Positions 23,121 to 37,555 of a stretch of 64,000 nucleotides of DNA are shown piece after piece. Position numbers and translations under genes: made by a program. Within the stretch, counting starts at the first letter, position 1. Each line of letters opens with the position of its first letter. The notes under the pieces were generated by a model that made no database searches, was not told the DNA's origin, and saw nothing but the letters and a program-made list of their open reading frames with translations. Origin of the DNA: Eledone cirrhosa (Eukaryota). The stretch covers positions 69,122-133,121 of the forward strand of contig CAXHJY010001233.1 of the NCBI GenBank assembly GCA_964016885.1, given 5' to 3'.

Positions 23121-23419
23121 CATAACTGTAACTTAGCAGACGACATCGCAATTTTTCGTGTTAGTGTCACAACAGCGGAGATTAACACCAGAAGTAGAAT
23201 GCTTGGCAGGCATGATGCATGCTTTTGCAGATTCTACTCACATAGTCTAAATTGAATGACGTCAGAATAGCATTTATTTCGAATTCCTACGAGAGTAAAA
23301 AGAAATACGCCCTTGTGACCTATTGAGGCTGTTTAATTGTTTATAGCCTTTAACAAACTACCATTCTGACTGGAGAAAAGAATTTCTTATATATTACCAA
23401 CCATAATACTATGCCACGC

Positions 23420-23458
<39 letters not shown>

Positions 23459-23904
23459 CCGGCTTTAACTCTTTGCAATTTACACGCACAAACATACACA
23501 TACAGACACACACATACACACACTAGTTCCTTTTCCTATTTCAGTTCACTTTCCAATCACAAGATCCTGGGTTCTAACCCTACATTTGTCCCTGTAAATA
23601 GTTATTTCTCCAAACTTACATATATATTTAATCGTGTATATTATTTCTACATACATGTTGAACATTTATGTAATTATATCCTAAAAATAAGTTATTAAAT
23701 TACTGTTCTAATCTTTAATCACTTCCACGTGTCAGTTATCAACATAAACTATAGGGTTTCTCTTCTGCAAACAATACATTGATCAAAACATGGTTTTCTT
23801 AGTTTATATGGTTATTTATATATGTAGTAATCCTGGTATATATCTCGACTCCAAAAATTAAATACATTTAACGACATTGCTATCAATATTAACAGCACAG
23901 ATTA

Positions 23905-24145
23905 AAACAACCCCAGTGTGTGACTGGTACTTTAATAATTGTTTCTACTTTAGGCACAAGGCCAGCAATTTTGGGGGGAGGGGAACATCGATTAAATCGA
24001 CCACGGTGCATTATTGGTATTTTATTTTATCGACCCCGTTAGGATGAAAGGCAAAGTTAACCTCGGCTGGATTTGAACTTAGACAGTAAAGAGCCGTAAC
24101 TCTATGCTGCAAAGCATGGCGTCCGACACTCTACCGATACTGCCA
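23905..24145 (-). mobile_element. Family A SINE (long-tail form)
   Basis: Complete reverse pattern. Confidence 0.9.
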
Positions 24146-25308
24146 ATAGAGTAATTATTGAAAGAATAGAATCTTAAAAAGAATTGGCAAGGCGAAAAAA
24201 AACAAGTTTTCAATGACTGAAGGTGATATCGACTGAAGTGGTAATATATTTGACTAGGACAGGTGTATCTTTGGGGTGACAATAACGAAGATATGTGCAC
24301 GAAAATACAGTTTACAACTATTAGATGGTGTTTGCATTTCAGGTGTCAGTTTGTTTGTCAAATTGCATTAGAAAAGAGGAGGATGAGGGGTGAAGTGGAG
24401 GGAGGGGAGGGTGTTGGTGGTGAAAGAATACTTCTTATAGTTGATTTTGAGTAAACAACTATAAGAGTTCTTTCGTCACCATCACCACCACCAACACCAC
24501 CACTTCTATCACCACCACCACCACACTTCCGCCAACTTCCACCACCACCACCACCGCCATCGTCACCACCACCACCACCACCATCGGCACCACCACCACA
24601 CTTCCGCCCACCACCACCACCACCACCACACTTCCGCCCACTACCACCACCACCACCACCATCGTCACCACCACCACCACCACCACACTTCCGCCCACAC
24701 ACAGTAACGATGGAACATATTTACGTAAATCTGTTTAAAATTCGCAGCAAACTTGGTGAATCAAGGTTGAAAAACTTTGGAAGATGTTCAACGCTTTTCA
24801 ATCAACACTGGAAACGTTCTGTTAACGAGTTTGTTTTGTTGGTGTTGATGGTGGTGATGGTGTTGATGGTGGTGATGGTGGTGATGGTGGTGATGGTGTT
24901 ATTGGTGGTGATGGTGTTATTGGTGTTGATGGTGGTGGTGGTGATGTTGTTGGTGTTAATGGTGTTGGTGGTGATGGTGGTGTTGGTGGTGGTGTTGGTG
25001 TTGGTGTTGGTGGAGATGGTGGTGATGTTGGTGATGGTGGCGGTGGTGTTGGTGGTGGTGGTGATGGTGATGGTGTTGATGGTGTTGATGTTGGTGTTCG
25101 TTAAGCTGGAAGAGTTCAACTGAATTTACTCAATATCCGGATTAAAGTAATGATTAACGTACATGGTTCGAGATGAGGGCCATAGACATGATATATATAC
25201 ATATATATATACACATATATATATATACATATATATATACACATATATATATATACATATATATATATACACATATATATACACATATATATATATATAT
25301 ATATACAC

Positions 25309-25367
<59 letters not shown>

Positions 25368-25594
25368 TATATATATATATATACACACACATATATATAT
25401 ATACATATACACATATACATATATATATACACATATATATATATACACATATATATATATACACATATATATATACACATATATATATATACATATATAT
25501 ATATACACATATATAGTTATACACACATATATATATACACATATATATATACACATATATATATATATGATTCGCTCGCGTAAACAACAAATTA

Positions 25595-25630
<36 letters not shown>

Positions 25631-26401
25631 CTTAGTTTGTTGTTTATGCGAGCGAATCATGTAAAACAAAGGTAAAACAAAGAAGAAAACTAAAAGTCAA
25701 GTAATGGTGACTCAGCAAATCTTGTCATATAGAACTCAGCGTGTTCTGATTCTATAAATCAAAACAGTTCTGTATAAAGTGACATTATGATGGGGTGGGT
25801 CCTACAGTTCGTATTACTACCTTACACTTTTCCTGACTTCATTGGGTTCAGTTTCCTTAATTCTCAACATGCAACTTACAACTTAAATCTAATTAGACTT
25901 ACTTAACCCCTTATGTTGAATATAATTAATCTTGCTCTCGGCGTTTCTTTAAACTGATTTGATTATTATTATCATTTTTTTTTTTTTTTTTTTACATTTT
26001 ATATATTTTCTGAATGTTCTATCTGCCATTATCACATTATCACAACAACCAGTGTTTGTTAAAAACTAGCTGACGCCCACCAAAACCCTGTTGTAAACTT
26101 AGTCATTGTATTTAGTATTTAGTTGTCTCTTCTTACCTCACTGACAAGAGAGCCTGCACTCCTCTCCCTTAAAAAACTAAAAAGAACTAAAAGAAAAAAC
26201 TACATTGTATGAATTCTATTTTCATATATCATCCTACTGATATTTCCAAATATTCAAATTCGACGTTTAAAGTATCACATTCCTTCGTATTAAAATAACC
26301 ATTATGTATTAGCTATTATGTATTAGCCATGTCGTGTTATTTACACATCACAGTTTCATTTTATACATGAAATATTAGAGTTTATTGTTTGTGAACAAAT
26401 A

Positions 26402-26601
26402 CAGCCCTGCCAACACCTACAAACACCCAAACAGGGAGTACCATGAAAAAAGTGCCCCGAAACGGGGAGAAATGAGGCGAAACGGGGAGATTTTACATAA
26501 TGAAAGCTATACCCATTTTCCCAAGAGAAGACATCTCTCGCCCACCCTAAAGTGGGTGGGAGATCTCCCCGTCCGACGGGGAGGGAGAGTTGACAGGTCT
26601 G
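26402..26601. mobile_element. 200-bp MITE, hAT-like, with 6-bp TSD
   Basis: Imperfect TIRs CAGCCCTGCCAAC / GTTGACAGGTCTG. CAAATA duplicated at 26396-26401 and 26602-26607. Internal GGGAGA repeats. Confidence 0.75.
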
Positions 26602-27064
26602 CAAATATGTAATCTTTAGTATGTATTAACGTATCATATACTGATGATAATAGATCCTTCGTCGGCGTAGACGACGAGCAGCTCCTGTCAGAAGCAACCG
26701 CGAGAGTCGCGTGGGCAAAGTCCCCAAACACTCCTCCTAGCGGGTCCTGTCAGAACCAACCATCTCCAATTGATTTAAATTACTGTTCTACCACGTTAAC
26801 CAAATTTAATAATTATAATATTCGTTTTAGAATTATTTTCTAAAAGAATGTTTCGATTATTTCAAGGATTCTATTTTAGTAATTGGAATTCTAAAGTGTT
26901 TTGTACACGCACGCATGTAGACATGCAGCAGACATATCTACCTAGTTGTTGGGGTTTAAATTCCAATGTGAGAGTCTTGTGTCTTTGTTAGAAACCGGCT
27001 CTCTCTCTCTGTAAACAAAATTATAAAACCAGAAGAACATACATACATATACATACATACATAT

Positions 27065-27200
27065 ATACATACACACATACATATATATAAAAGTATATAC
27101 ACAACACACATACATATATATAAAAGTATATACACAACACACATACATATATATAAAAGTATATACACAACACACATACATATATATAAAAGTATATACA
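27065..27200. repeat. Short minisatellite (about 33-bp unit)
   Basis: CACACATACATATATATAAAAGTATATACACAA, about 4 copies. Confidence 0.85.
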
Positions 27201-27606
27201 CACATACCTACATATGTACGTAGATATATACGTATATACACACATACGTCCATATGTACGTACATATATACGTATATACATAGCCACACACATATACCCA
27301 CACCATACACATATAAACACATCATAGAAGGTAGTTATTAATAACATCGAGCAACATGGCGGAAAGTGTCGAAAGAGCGACGATGTTTCAATGGTAATAA
27401 GCAGCAGGGAAACCTCACCAACACAACAAGCTTCAGCTTTAAAATGACTGGCTCTATGACGTCATAGCTTTAGTATTATTATTATTATTGTTGTGGAATC
27501 TCTTTATAAAGAGAGTAACACACATACATACACACACACATATATATGTGTGTATGTGTTCATGTGTGTGTATGACCAGTTCTACCTATTGGTAAATAAC
27601 ACAAAT

Positions 27607-27646
<40 letters not shown>

Positions 27647-27744
27647 CGAGATATGGTTTTCGGTTTCTCTAGTTCAGAGTTAGAGTAACCTATATCGAAG
27701 ACTGTCTCAGCACATAGTGGTTGTTGACTCATACATACACACAT

Positions 27745-27779
<35 letters not shown>

Positions 27780-27798
27780 CATACATACGCACACACAC

Positions 27799-27830
<32 letters not shown>

Positions 27831-27847
27831 GTATATGTATGTATATA

Positions 27848-27923
<76 letters not shown>

Positions 27924-28458
27924 ACGTGTTTAAATGGGTAGTTAGTGATATACCAGTAATTGCAACTACAAGACTACTACTAACTACTAACATCTTACTA
28001 ACTGCAATGAAATGTAAATAACTGTACTAACTGTAAGAACATGTCTCAACCTAACAACAAATAATACAATACCATAGTAATAATACTAATAACAACAATA
28101 GTAGTAATAATAATAGTAACAATAATAATAAAAAGAATGATAATGATGATGATGGCGTTGATGATGATGAAGTTGATTGATGATAATGAAGATAACAATG
28201 ATGTTGATGATGATGAGGTTGACAATGATGATGATGAGGTTGATAATGATGATGATGAGGTTGATAATGATGGTGATGAGGTTGATAATGATGATGATGA
28301 GGTTGATAATGATGATGATAACAATTATGTTGATTATGATAATGATGATGATGAGAAGAAGAATAGAAAGCAACGTAATAAACACTCAAGATATTTATTT
28401 CCTGCGCATTACTGAAATAATTAACGGTAATAGCATGACCTTTTATAATCAGATGTAT

Positions 28459-28492
<34 letters not shown>

Positions 28493-28509
28493 GAGAGAGA
28501 GAGAGACGG

Positions 28510-28552
<43 letters not shown>

Positions 28553-28972
28553 TAGAGAGAGAGACGGACATACACATACACATACACACACACACATATA
28601 TATATATACACATATATAGAGAGAGAGATGGACATACACAGACATATATATACACACATATACACACACATATATATATATAGAGAGAGAGACGGACACA
28701 CACACACATATATATATATATACACACATATATATAGAGAGATGGACATACACACACACATACATATGTATATACACACACATACGCACATATATACATA
28801 TAGAGAGGGACATACACATACATGTATGTATACACACACATACGCACATATATACATATAGAGGGACATACACATACATGTATTAATATCACACATACAC
28901 AGAGACGTACATACACATACATATATATATATATACATACATACACACATACATACATATATATATATACAT

Positions 28973-29019
<47 letters not shown>

Positions 29020-29737
29020 TATATTCATATATACAGATGTACATACTCACACAAGTATAGAGACGTATATACACACATACACGCACACATACATATAGAG
29101 ATGGACATACACATATACACGGACATACATATATACACACATATATATATATATATATATATACAGACGTACATACATATATATATATCACATTCACTTA
29201 CATCACACATACACATACATATATTAGACATATACATACATCACACATACTTGATATATACATATATATACATATATATACATACACGTACACGTACATA
29301 CACACATGCACACAAAGACAGATATACACACGCACATACATATACACAACCACATACACACACACATAATGATAAAACAAAATGGCTGATCAGCCTTATC
29401 GATGTCATAGGGAAGAGAAAAGGAGAAAATGAGAAAAATGATAACTGTAGCCGTCACGTGTTCCTCTATTAACGCTGCGACACACCTGACAGATAATAAA
29501 CGAAAGATATAATACACAGCACGGTCATTGTGGGTGAGCAGAGGTGAGTATATACCAGTTATCTTGTTACTGATGGTGGCAAGAAAGAAAGGAAAGAAAG
29601 AAGTGCTGTTAAAGTGATACCAACAATGATGTGTTGTTAATTTAGACATTTGAAAGAAACATTCATAGTTAAGACACCTGAAGAAACAGAAAGCAGACGT
29701 GAAACTAAACTAAACTGTAGTAAACTATAGTAAATAT

Positions 29738-29880
29738 TTGTTTCTACTTTTGGCACAAGGCCAGCAAATACCCCAGTGCATTACTGGTACTTAATTTTAT
29801 CGACCCCGTAAGGATGAAAGGCAAAGTTAACCTCAGCAGGATTTGAACTGAGACCGTAAAAAGCCGTAACTCTGTGCTGC
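29738..29880 (-). mobile_element. Family A SINE, 5'-truncated
   Basis: Tail, core and B-box in reverse. Confidence 0.85.
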
Positions 29881-31049
29881 TAATAAATCCACTGGCAACT
29901 GTAGTAAATAATGTCAACATATTTCCAGAAGAGAGACAGATATTGATGTAATCGATAGTCAGGATATTGAATACCATTTTATAATATAATAGACACATTT
30001 CTACAATCTGTCACTGATGTAGTAGTAGTAGTAGTAGTAGTAGTATAGTAGTGGTGGTGGTGGTGGTGGTGGTGGTGGTCGTCGTCGTCGTTGTGTTGGT
30101 GGTAGTAATAATGGTGGTGGTGGTGGTTGCGGTGACAGTGGTAATGGCATTGATGTTAGTAGTAGCGATAATGGTGGTGGGGGTGGAATGGTAGCGGTGT
30201 TGATGGTGATATTTGTGGTGGTGTTGGTAGTGGTATCGACGTTGGCGGTAGTTGTGGTGATAATGGTGGTGGTGGTGGTGGTGGTGGTGGTAGTGATAAT
30301 GGCGGTGATGACAGTGGTGGTGGGGTGGGATGGTAGTTGTGGTGGTGGTGGTAGTTGTAGTAGTAGTGACAATGATGGTGGAGATAATGGTGGTGGTGGA
30401 GATGGTGGTGGTGGTGACAGTGGTGGTCGTGATGGTGGTGGTGATGGTGGTGGTGGAGATGGTGGTGGTGATGGTGGTGGTGGTGGTGGTAGTTTGAAAG
30501 ACGTAAAAGAAGAATAAAAACGAAAAAGAAGAAATAAATCTGACGATGTTTTCTAATTTCAACATCATAAAATAGACGCCTGTTTATTTGAGTGAGGCAA
30601 ACATTTGAAATAAAAGATAAGATAAATGGCAACATCATGCGACTGACAACGCTGTCCCTGTCACACATAATTACATCATGTAACAATCAGCTTTAGATTC
30701 TTCATACAAATAACGATATCACGTGTGGCTTAGCTGGCCTTGTTGTTGTCTTCTTGTTATTACTGTTGTTGTAGCTGTTGTTGTTGTCCTAACATCTAGC
30801 TGCATGTAATAAGAAGCATTGTGTCGTGCTTCTTCCTCCTCATCCCCTCCACCTCCTCTTCCACCTCCCTTTCTTGTCATATAAACGACGACTCCGTGTG
30901 ACAGCAATTCGTTTTATAGATTGTAGAAAATGGCGACCGCGCCGAAGAGTAATTTTTACAAGTCGGCATTACTGACGTTTTAAACTGATTCAATATTTCA
31001 CATTACACACCATGAAACATTATATCATACATACTTACTCACACGATCC

Positions 31050-31197
31050 CTGGACCGGGTGATGCGTTATGTCCTTAAGCAAGACACTTTATTTCACGTT
31101 GCTCCTTCTACCTGGAGTTGCGACCGATAGAAAGTATTAGCAACTGGAAAGACCAACGGAAACATTGTTACCTCGGTCCGATTTGACGAAAGTCGAT
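31050..31197 (+). mobile_element. Family B variant SINE, 5'-truncated
   Basis: Close match to 4412-4558. Confidence 0.85.
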
Positions 31198-31269
31198 ATA
31201 TATGTGTATATATATATATTCTATTACTATTTCTACTACTAGGTACATCTTTCTCCTTCTTCGTACTCG

Positions 31270-31323
<54 letters not shown>

Positions 31324-31951
31324 GTGTGTGTGTGTAAAAGACTACACATATGCCGACTGAATATAAACATATAAATCCATGAGATGACCTACATTTGACA
31401 TAACATGACCCGAGTCCCTTTATAGAAACCCTTTATCCCTTATCTAAAGTCACATACAGCGAGACAGATGGATATATATATACATATATATACGGAGAGA
31501 GAGAGAGCAGATGATATGCGCCATTTATATTCCCCTGTCCACAAACACGCTCCCAGTTAAAAACTATTTCATAGCAAATGCTTTTTAGCTTTATAATTAA
31601 ATTCTCTTTATTCACAAATATCTACAACTTTTCACATGTGTATACATTCATAAGTTTACTTCGAGATTCTTCAAGTGAAATATTTCATATAAATTTGTCA
31701 TATCTTTTCTATAGATCATCTGACTCGTATAAAATATATTGAAACATTTTATATGAATTTTCATAACGATTTCTGTGAATTTATTTTCTTGTTTATGTAT
31801 TGCTATATGTCCGTATGTGCAACTACAATCTTTTTAATCGATTGTATATATATATAAACGAAATAAGATTGATATGGTATGGCGGTATGGTAATGTCCCG
31901 TAAGTCCTGAAGGAGTCGTAGGGGAACATATTGACATACGGTGTTTCTTAA

Positions 31952-32172
31952 CCCTTTAGCATTTAAACCGGCTATATCCGGCCAGAATTCTCGCACCTCT
32001 TTCTGTTCAAACTGGCCATAACCAGCTGCTCATACTTATATTAAGGTATTGTTCTCAAAATATATAATATTAAAATCTCATAGATTCGATATTATGTGAG
32101 ATAATTATTTAAAATAAAGTGTTTCCCGTGAAAATACAATAGTAAATATAGAGTAATGTAAATGCTAAAGGG
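31952..32172. mobile_element. piggyBac-like MITE
   Basis: TTAA on both sides. TIRs CCCTTTAGCATTTA / TAAATGCTAAAGGG. Confidence 0.85.
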
Positions 32173-32269
32173 TTAAGGCTTTTTTTTAAAAATCCGGCGG
32201 AACCTATCTCTTCTCCAGGCCTGAATATAGCAGATTTCTTCCAGAGAATAAAAGAGAGTGAGAGAAAGG

Positions 32270-32612
32270 AAGTGAGAAAGAGATATAGAGGAAGAATCGA
32301 CCCAAGTACTAGACTGGTACTTTTTTATCGACTTGGAATGGATGAAAAGCAAAGCTGACCTCCGCGGGATTTGAACTCAGAGAGCAGAAAGCTGGAACAA
32401 ATACCGCAAATCATTCTATCTGGCATTCTAACCACTCTACCATTCTATCTGACGTTCTAACCACTCTATCGTTCTATCTGGCATTCTAAAGACTCTACCA
32501 TTCTATCTGACGTTCTAACCACTCTATCGTTCTATCTGGCATTCTAAAGACTCTACCATTCTATCTGACGTTCTAACCACTATCATTCTATCTGGCATTC
32601 TAAAGACTACCA
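32270..32612 (-). mobile_element. Family A-related SINE whose 5' head is amplified into a ~29-bp tandem repeat
   Basis: SINE core at 32295-32410, then CATTCTATCTG(G/A)C(A/G)TTCTAA(CC/AG)ACTCTA(C/T) about 7 times. Confidence 0.8.
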
Positions 32613-33919
32613 ATTCAAAAAAATTTAACTGTGTCCCGTCCTCTCTTCCCGGATGTGTTATGGTTGCTCAGCATAGAACCCGTTTTTCAGGATCCCCTAA
32701 GCAAACAGGTAGATGAATTTCGACAGATACACGATGGCTGTTAGGGTGATAACTATCTCTGTGTGGTGGTGGTGTTGGTGTTGTTGTTGGTGGAGGTGGT
32801 GTTGTTGCTGGTGTTGTTGCTGGTGGTGTTGTTGCTGGTGGTGGTGTTGGTGGTGGTGGTGTTGGTGGTGGTGGTGTTGGTGGTGGTGGTGTTGTTGGTG
32901 GTGTTGTTGGTGGTGTTGTTGTTGGTGGTGGTGTTGTTGTTGGTGGTGTTGTTGGTGGTGTTGTTGGTGGTTTTGTATTTGTTGGTGGTGTTGTTGGTGG
33001 TTTTGTATTTGTTGGTGGTGTTGTTGCTGGTGGTGTTGTTGCTGGTGGTGGTGTTGGTGGTGTTGGTGGTGGTGTTGTTGGTGGTGTTGTTGGTGGTGTT
33101 GTTGGTGGTGTTGGTGGTGGTGGTGTTGGTGGTGGTGGGGTTATGTTTGTAATACTCGATTTAAGAGGCTATGTTGTGCATGTATACAAGTATGAATGAT
33201 CGTGACGTGATGTTGAGTTAAAGAGTTGATAACATCCGTGTGGGAGTTAATAACTGGCGTCATATTTAAAGTTAGGAAATCCCGGGTTATGCTCATGTGA
33301 CATCTTTATGTAGAACAGATTTTCATTAAAGCCGCTACAATGTCGCGCATCATTGTAATGGGAGGCTGACCTATAAAATATTCCTATTCGAACACACACA
33401 TACACACACACACAACACACAGTTCATGTTATATGGTTGAGCCAATAGGTTAAACGACTGTTGGGTGTTATAGCAACGAGTGGACAGCTGTTGGATTGAC
33501 AGAAAGGTGAAGAGATGATGGTGGTGGTGAAGGGTGAAGAGATGGCGATGGTGGTGGTGAAAGTGAAGAGATGGCGATGAAGAAATGATGATGATGATGG
33601 TGGTGTGGTGGTCAAATAAACACAAACAAAAACAACAACAACAACAAAAAAGCTACCACACAGTATTTATACGTAAGTAATTAGAAAAAGAGACAACAAT
33701 AATTTGTTCATAAACACACATTTCTGGGGATCATTTTCTGTTTACCGAGCCTGGCCCGATTTTATGGTAAATTTCTACCCGGATGTTATTGTCATTATGA
33801 AAATACTAACGTGGTTGGAAGCCGGTAATGGAATTTGAAGTTTGAATAGAATTAGTAACTTTGCCGTGTTTCTTTCTTTTTTTTTTTTTTTATTTTATTA
33901 CAGAAAATAGTCTAATTTA

Positions 33920-34090
33920 GTTTCTACTTTAGACACAAAGCCAGCAATTTAAAGTAAAGAATAAAGTCGATTAAATCGACCCCAGTGTGTTAATGGTACT
34001 TTATTTTATCGACCTTAGAAGAATGAAAGGTGAAGCTGACCTCGGCGAGTAAAGGGTCGTAACTATATACCGCAAAGCTTATTGTCCGAC
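33920..34090 (-). mobile_element. Family A SINE, diverged
   Basis: Tail and core in reverse, B-box region deleted. Confidence 0.75.
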
Positions 34091-34100
34091 ACAAAATAGT

Positions 34101-34441
34101 CTAATAATAAGACTCTAAAACGGAATAAAAATGGCATCAATGAGCCTGGGAATCGAACTAATAATAAGACTCTAAAACGGAATAAAAATGGCATCAATGA
34201 GCCTGGGAATCGAACTAATAATAAGACTCTAAAACGGAATAAAAATGGCATCAATGAGCCTGGGAATCGAACTAATAATAAGACTCTAAAACGGAATAAA
34301 AATGGCATCAATGAGCCTGGGAATCGAACAAATAATAAGACTCTAAAACGGAATAAAAATGGCATCAATGAGCCTGGAATCGAACTAATAATAAGACTCT
34401 AAAACGGAATAAAAATGGCATCAATGAGCCTGGAATCGAAC
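34101..34441. repeat. ~57-bp minisatellite, 6 copies
   Basis: TAATAATAAGACTCTAAAACGGAATAAAAATGGCATCAATGAGCCTGGGAATCGAAC. Confidence 0.95.
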
Positions 34442-34767
34442 CATACCATTTATTTTCACGATAAGTGTGCTAGCAGATTACTTTCTCGTTTTTTTTTTGT
34501 GGGTGTGAGAAAAATTTAAATTTGCATCTCGTCAAAGATAACATTTAAAAATAAAATCTAAATCAATCAGATTTATCCATAAGATCAGTCAGTGGTACAA
34601 CAACAACATCAGTCATAACAACAACAACATCAGTCGTAACAACAACAGCAACAACAACATCAGGCGTAACAACATCAAAGTCATCAAAAGTAGGACGATG
34701 AATGAAGTTGCCGGCAGCAGAGTACGTAAGATTGTTTGTTCTCCTGACATTAATCCCACCAACACAC

Positions 34768-34776
34768 GAGAGAGAG

Positions 34777-34859
<83 letters not shown>

Positions 34860-34865
34860 AAGAGA

Positions 34866-34909
<44 letters not shown>

Positions 34910-34945
34910 AAGAGAAAGAGAAAGAAAGAGAGAGAAAGAGAGAGG

Positions 34946-34981
<36 letters not shown>

Positions 34982-35545
34982 AAGAGAGAGATAAAGAGAG
35001 AAAGAGAGAGAAAGAGAGAAAGAAAGAGAGAGAGAAAGAGAGAAAGAGAGAGAGAGAGAGAGAAAGAAAGAGAGAGAGGGACACACACACACAGGCGAAA
35101 ACACGCTCGTAACGAGAGAGAGAGAGGGGAGAGAGAGAGGAGGGAGAGAGGGGGAGAGAGAGATGGAGAGGGGGAGAGGGAGAGAGAGCTACAAGCTCAT
35201 AACGAGACATTGATAGAGAGAGAGAGAGAGGGAGAGAGAGAGAAAGAGAGAGAGAGAAAGCGACCTCTCTGAGAGAGAGAAACAGAGAGAGAGACAGAGA
35301 GAGAGAGAAAGAGACAGAGACAGACAGACAGAGACAAACAGACAGACAGACAAACAGACAGACAGAGAGACAGAGAGAGGGGGGGAGAGAGAGAGAGGGA
35401 GAGAGAGGGAGAGAGAGAGAGAGAGCTACAAGCTCATAACGAGACATTGACAGAGAGAGGGAGAGAGTCTATAGTACGCTCGTAAAGAGAGAGGGAGAGA
35501 GTCTATAGTACGCTCGTAAAGAGAGATTGAAAGAGAGTGAGAGCG
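34768..35545. repeat. Polypurine (AG/AAG)n tract with internal duplications
   Basis: Direct reading. GCTACAAGCTCATAACGAGACATTGA occurs twice. Other purine tracts at 44850-45055, 46145-46460 and 51248-51530. Confidence 0.95.
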
Positions 35546-36026
35546 AGAGTCTATAACATGCTCGGTAAGAGAAAGAGTTTATTGATTAATACTATTAATT
35601 GAGGTATCAGCAGGATAAAGCCGTCTTCTATATTTCCTTCCATTGAGCAGACGACAAGAATGGCGGTGGTTAAAGACAGAAATATTACGAACGTCAACAG
35701 AAATGGAAACAGGTCAATATATATAGATACACACACACACACACACACACATTTATATATATATATATATATATATATGTGAGTATGTATATATATTGTG
35801 CGTGTGTATATATATATATGTGTGTGTACGTATATATATATATATGTGTATGTATATATATATATATATGTGTGTGTGTATATATATATGTGTGTGTACG
35901 TATATATATATATATATGTGTGTGTATATATATATGTGTGTACGTATATATATATATGTGTGTGTGTGTATATATATATATGTGTGTGTACGTATATATA
36001 TACATGTGTGTATATATACATATATA

Positions 36027-36071
<45 letters not shown>

Positions 36072-36610
36072 ACGATTACAAATGTAAAGAGGTCAATGTA
36101 AATATGTGTGTGTGTGTGTACAGAATATATATATATATACACGCATATATATATATATACACACACACATATATATATTTATAGACGATTAAAAAAAACA
36201 CACATACACACATCTATATATACACACACATCTATATACACATACATGTATATTTATATATGGAATTGGCACTATCAAGTGATTTGGCACGATTGCAAGG
36301 AATATGTTTCTATAAAGATACTCTAAATATATAAGTGAGCCGATTGAAATAAACACATGCCAAAGAAAGAGGGAGAGGAGGAGGATAGAGAGGGAGATAA
36401 GAGGGTGAGAGAGAGAGAGTGGTGTGGGAGAGACGGGGGGTGATAGGAGGGAGGGAGCTGAGAATGAGATTTTCAGATTAAGACAAAGAAACAAAGTCAG
36501 ACATTGGTGCATATGTACAGAATATACGTATTGCACAACGTCAGCGCCTGTTATACATACATGCGTGTATGTATGTATATATATATATATATATATACGC
36601 ACGTACATAC

Positions 36611-36641
<31 letters not shown>

Positions 36642-36666
36642 CGTATATACGTACGTACGTACATAC

Positions 36667-36699
<33 letters not shown>

Positions 36700-36770
36700 C
36701 GTACGTACGTACATACATATAAATATATATAGATACATAAGTATATATATATATATACGTACGTACGTAC

Positions 36771-36801
<31 letters not shown>

Positions 36802-36808
36802 CATATAT

Positions 36809-36840
<32 letters not shown>

Positions 36841-36944
36841 CGTACGTACATACATATATACATATATTATGTATATATATATATATATATGTACGTACAC
36901 ACACACACAATATATATATATATTTAGTGCCTATGATTCACATC

Positions 36945-37243
36945 CGTAAAAGATTCCATTTTCGTGGTTTCCTTGATCGGAGACACCCACACCTTTGTTA
37001 GGAAGTTGAGCGACCCCTATGCCTTGTCTTCCCTACCCTAGTGTACACATCATGCTCTGTGTTTATAAAATAGCCCAGATACAAGAAGTCACCCGTTTCC
37101 TCAATCTCCGAACCGTCCAGCGCATGTATTTGTTTATTTGACGTTGCACTGAGATGCATGAATTTTGTTTTGTCCTCATTTAAGAAGAGTACAACGGACT
37201 GTGCTGCAGCCGCCATTGTGCCTAACACATCATCAGTTAATAG
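36945..37243 (-). mobile_element. RTE-clade LINE fragment (RT C-terminal region), inverted
   Basis: AAAAQSVVLFLNEDKTKFM..LDGSEIEETGDFLYLG..EHDVYTRVGK, then [18 protein letters not shown], matching RTE 'GL.LN.KKT..F.YLG..R..KAW.L.K.W'. Confidence 0.85.
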
Positions 37244-37555
37244 AAAACACTGACAAAGAAGATGAATGGCACGGATGCTGAGAAAGATCCAGAACGTATC
37301 CTGGAGTACTCACGTAGCGAATAAACCTTTCTACCTTTCTGACACCATAAGGCGCAGGGGGCTCACATTAGCCGGACTTGTGAAACTTCACAATGAACCT
37401 GCTGGCAGAGGTCTTTTCTGGAAACCTGATGTGTGCAGACGAGTTGGGAGAGCAACCATCACACAGAAGGATGTTCTTGAAGATAATACAGGATTGGAAC
37501 CAGGGTGATCTGGAGGAGGAGGAATTTCGTCATGGGACCGGTAGCGGATGTATAG
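37244..37555 (+). mobile_element. RTE-clade LINE 3' fragment
   Basis: KTLTKKMNG..RMLRKIQNVSWSTHVANK..IRRRGLTLAG..LFWKP..RRVGRA..LEDNTGL, matching the RTE C-terminal signature. Confidence 0.85.

Noticed and set aside
26385-26731. Non-repetitive-looking 74-82 aa ORFs
   Set aside because: They overlap the MITE and a probable decayed retroelement end; no protein family recognised.
29670-29730. CTGAAGA...GAAA hammerhead-like spacing (also near 48579 and 19328)
   Set aside because: Stems I and II cannot be formed adjacent to the core.
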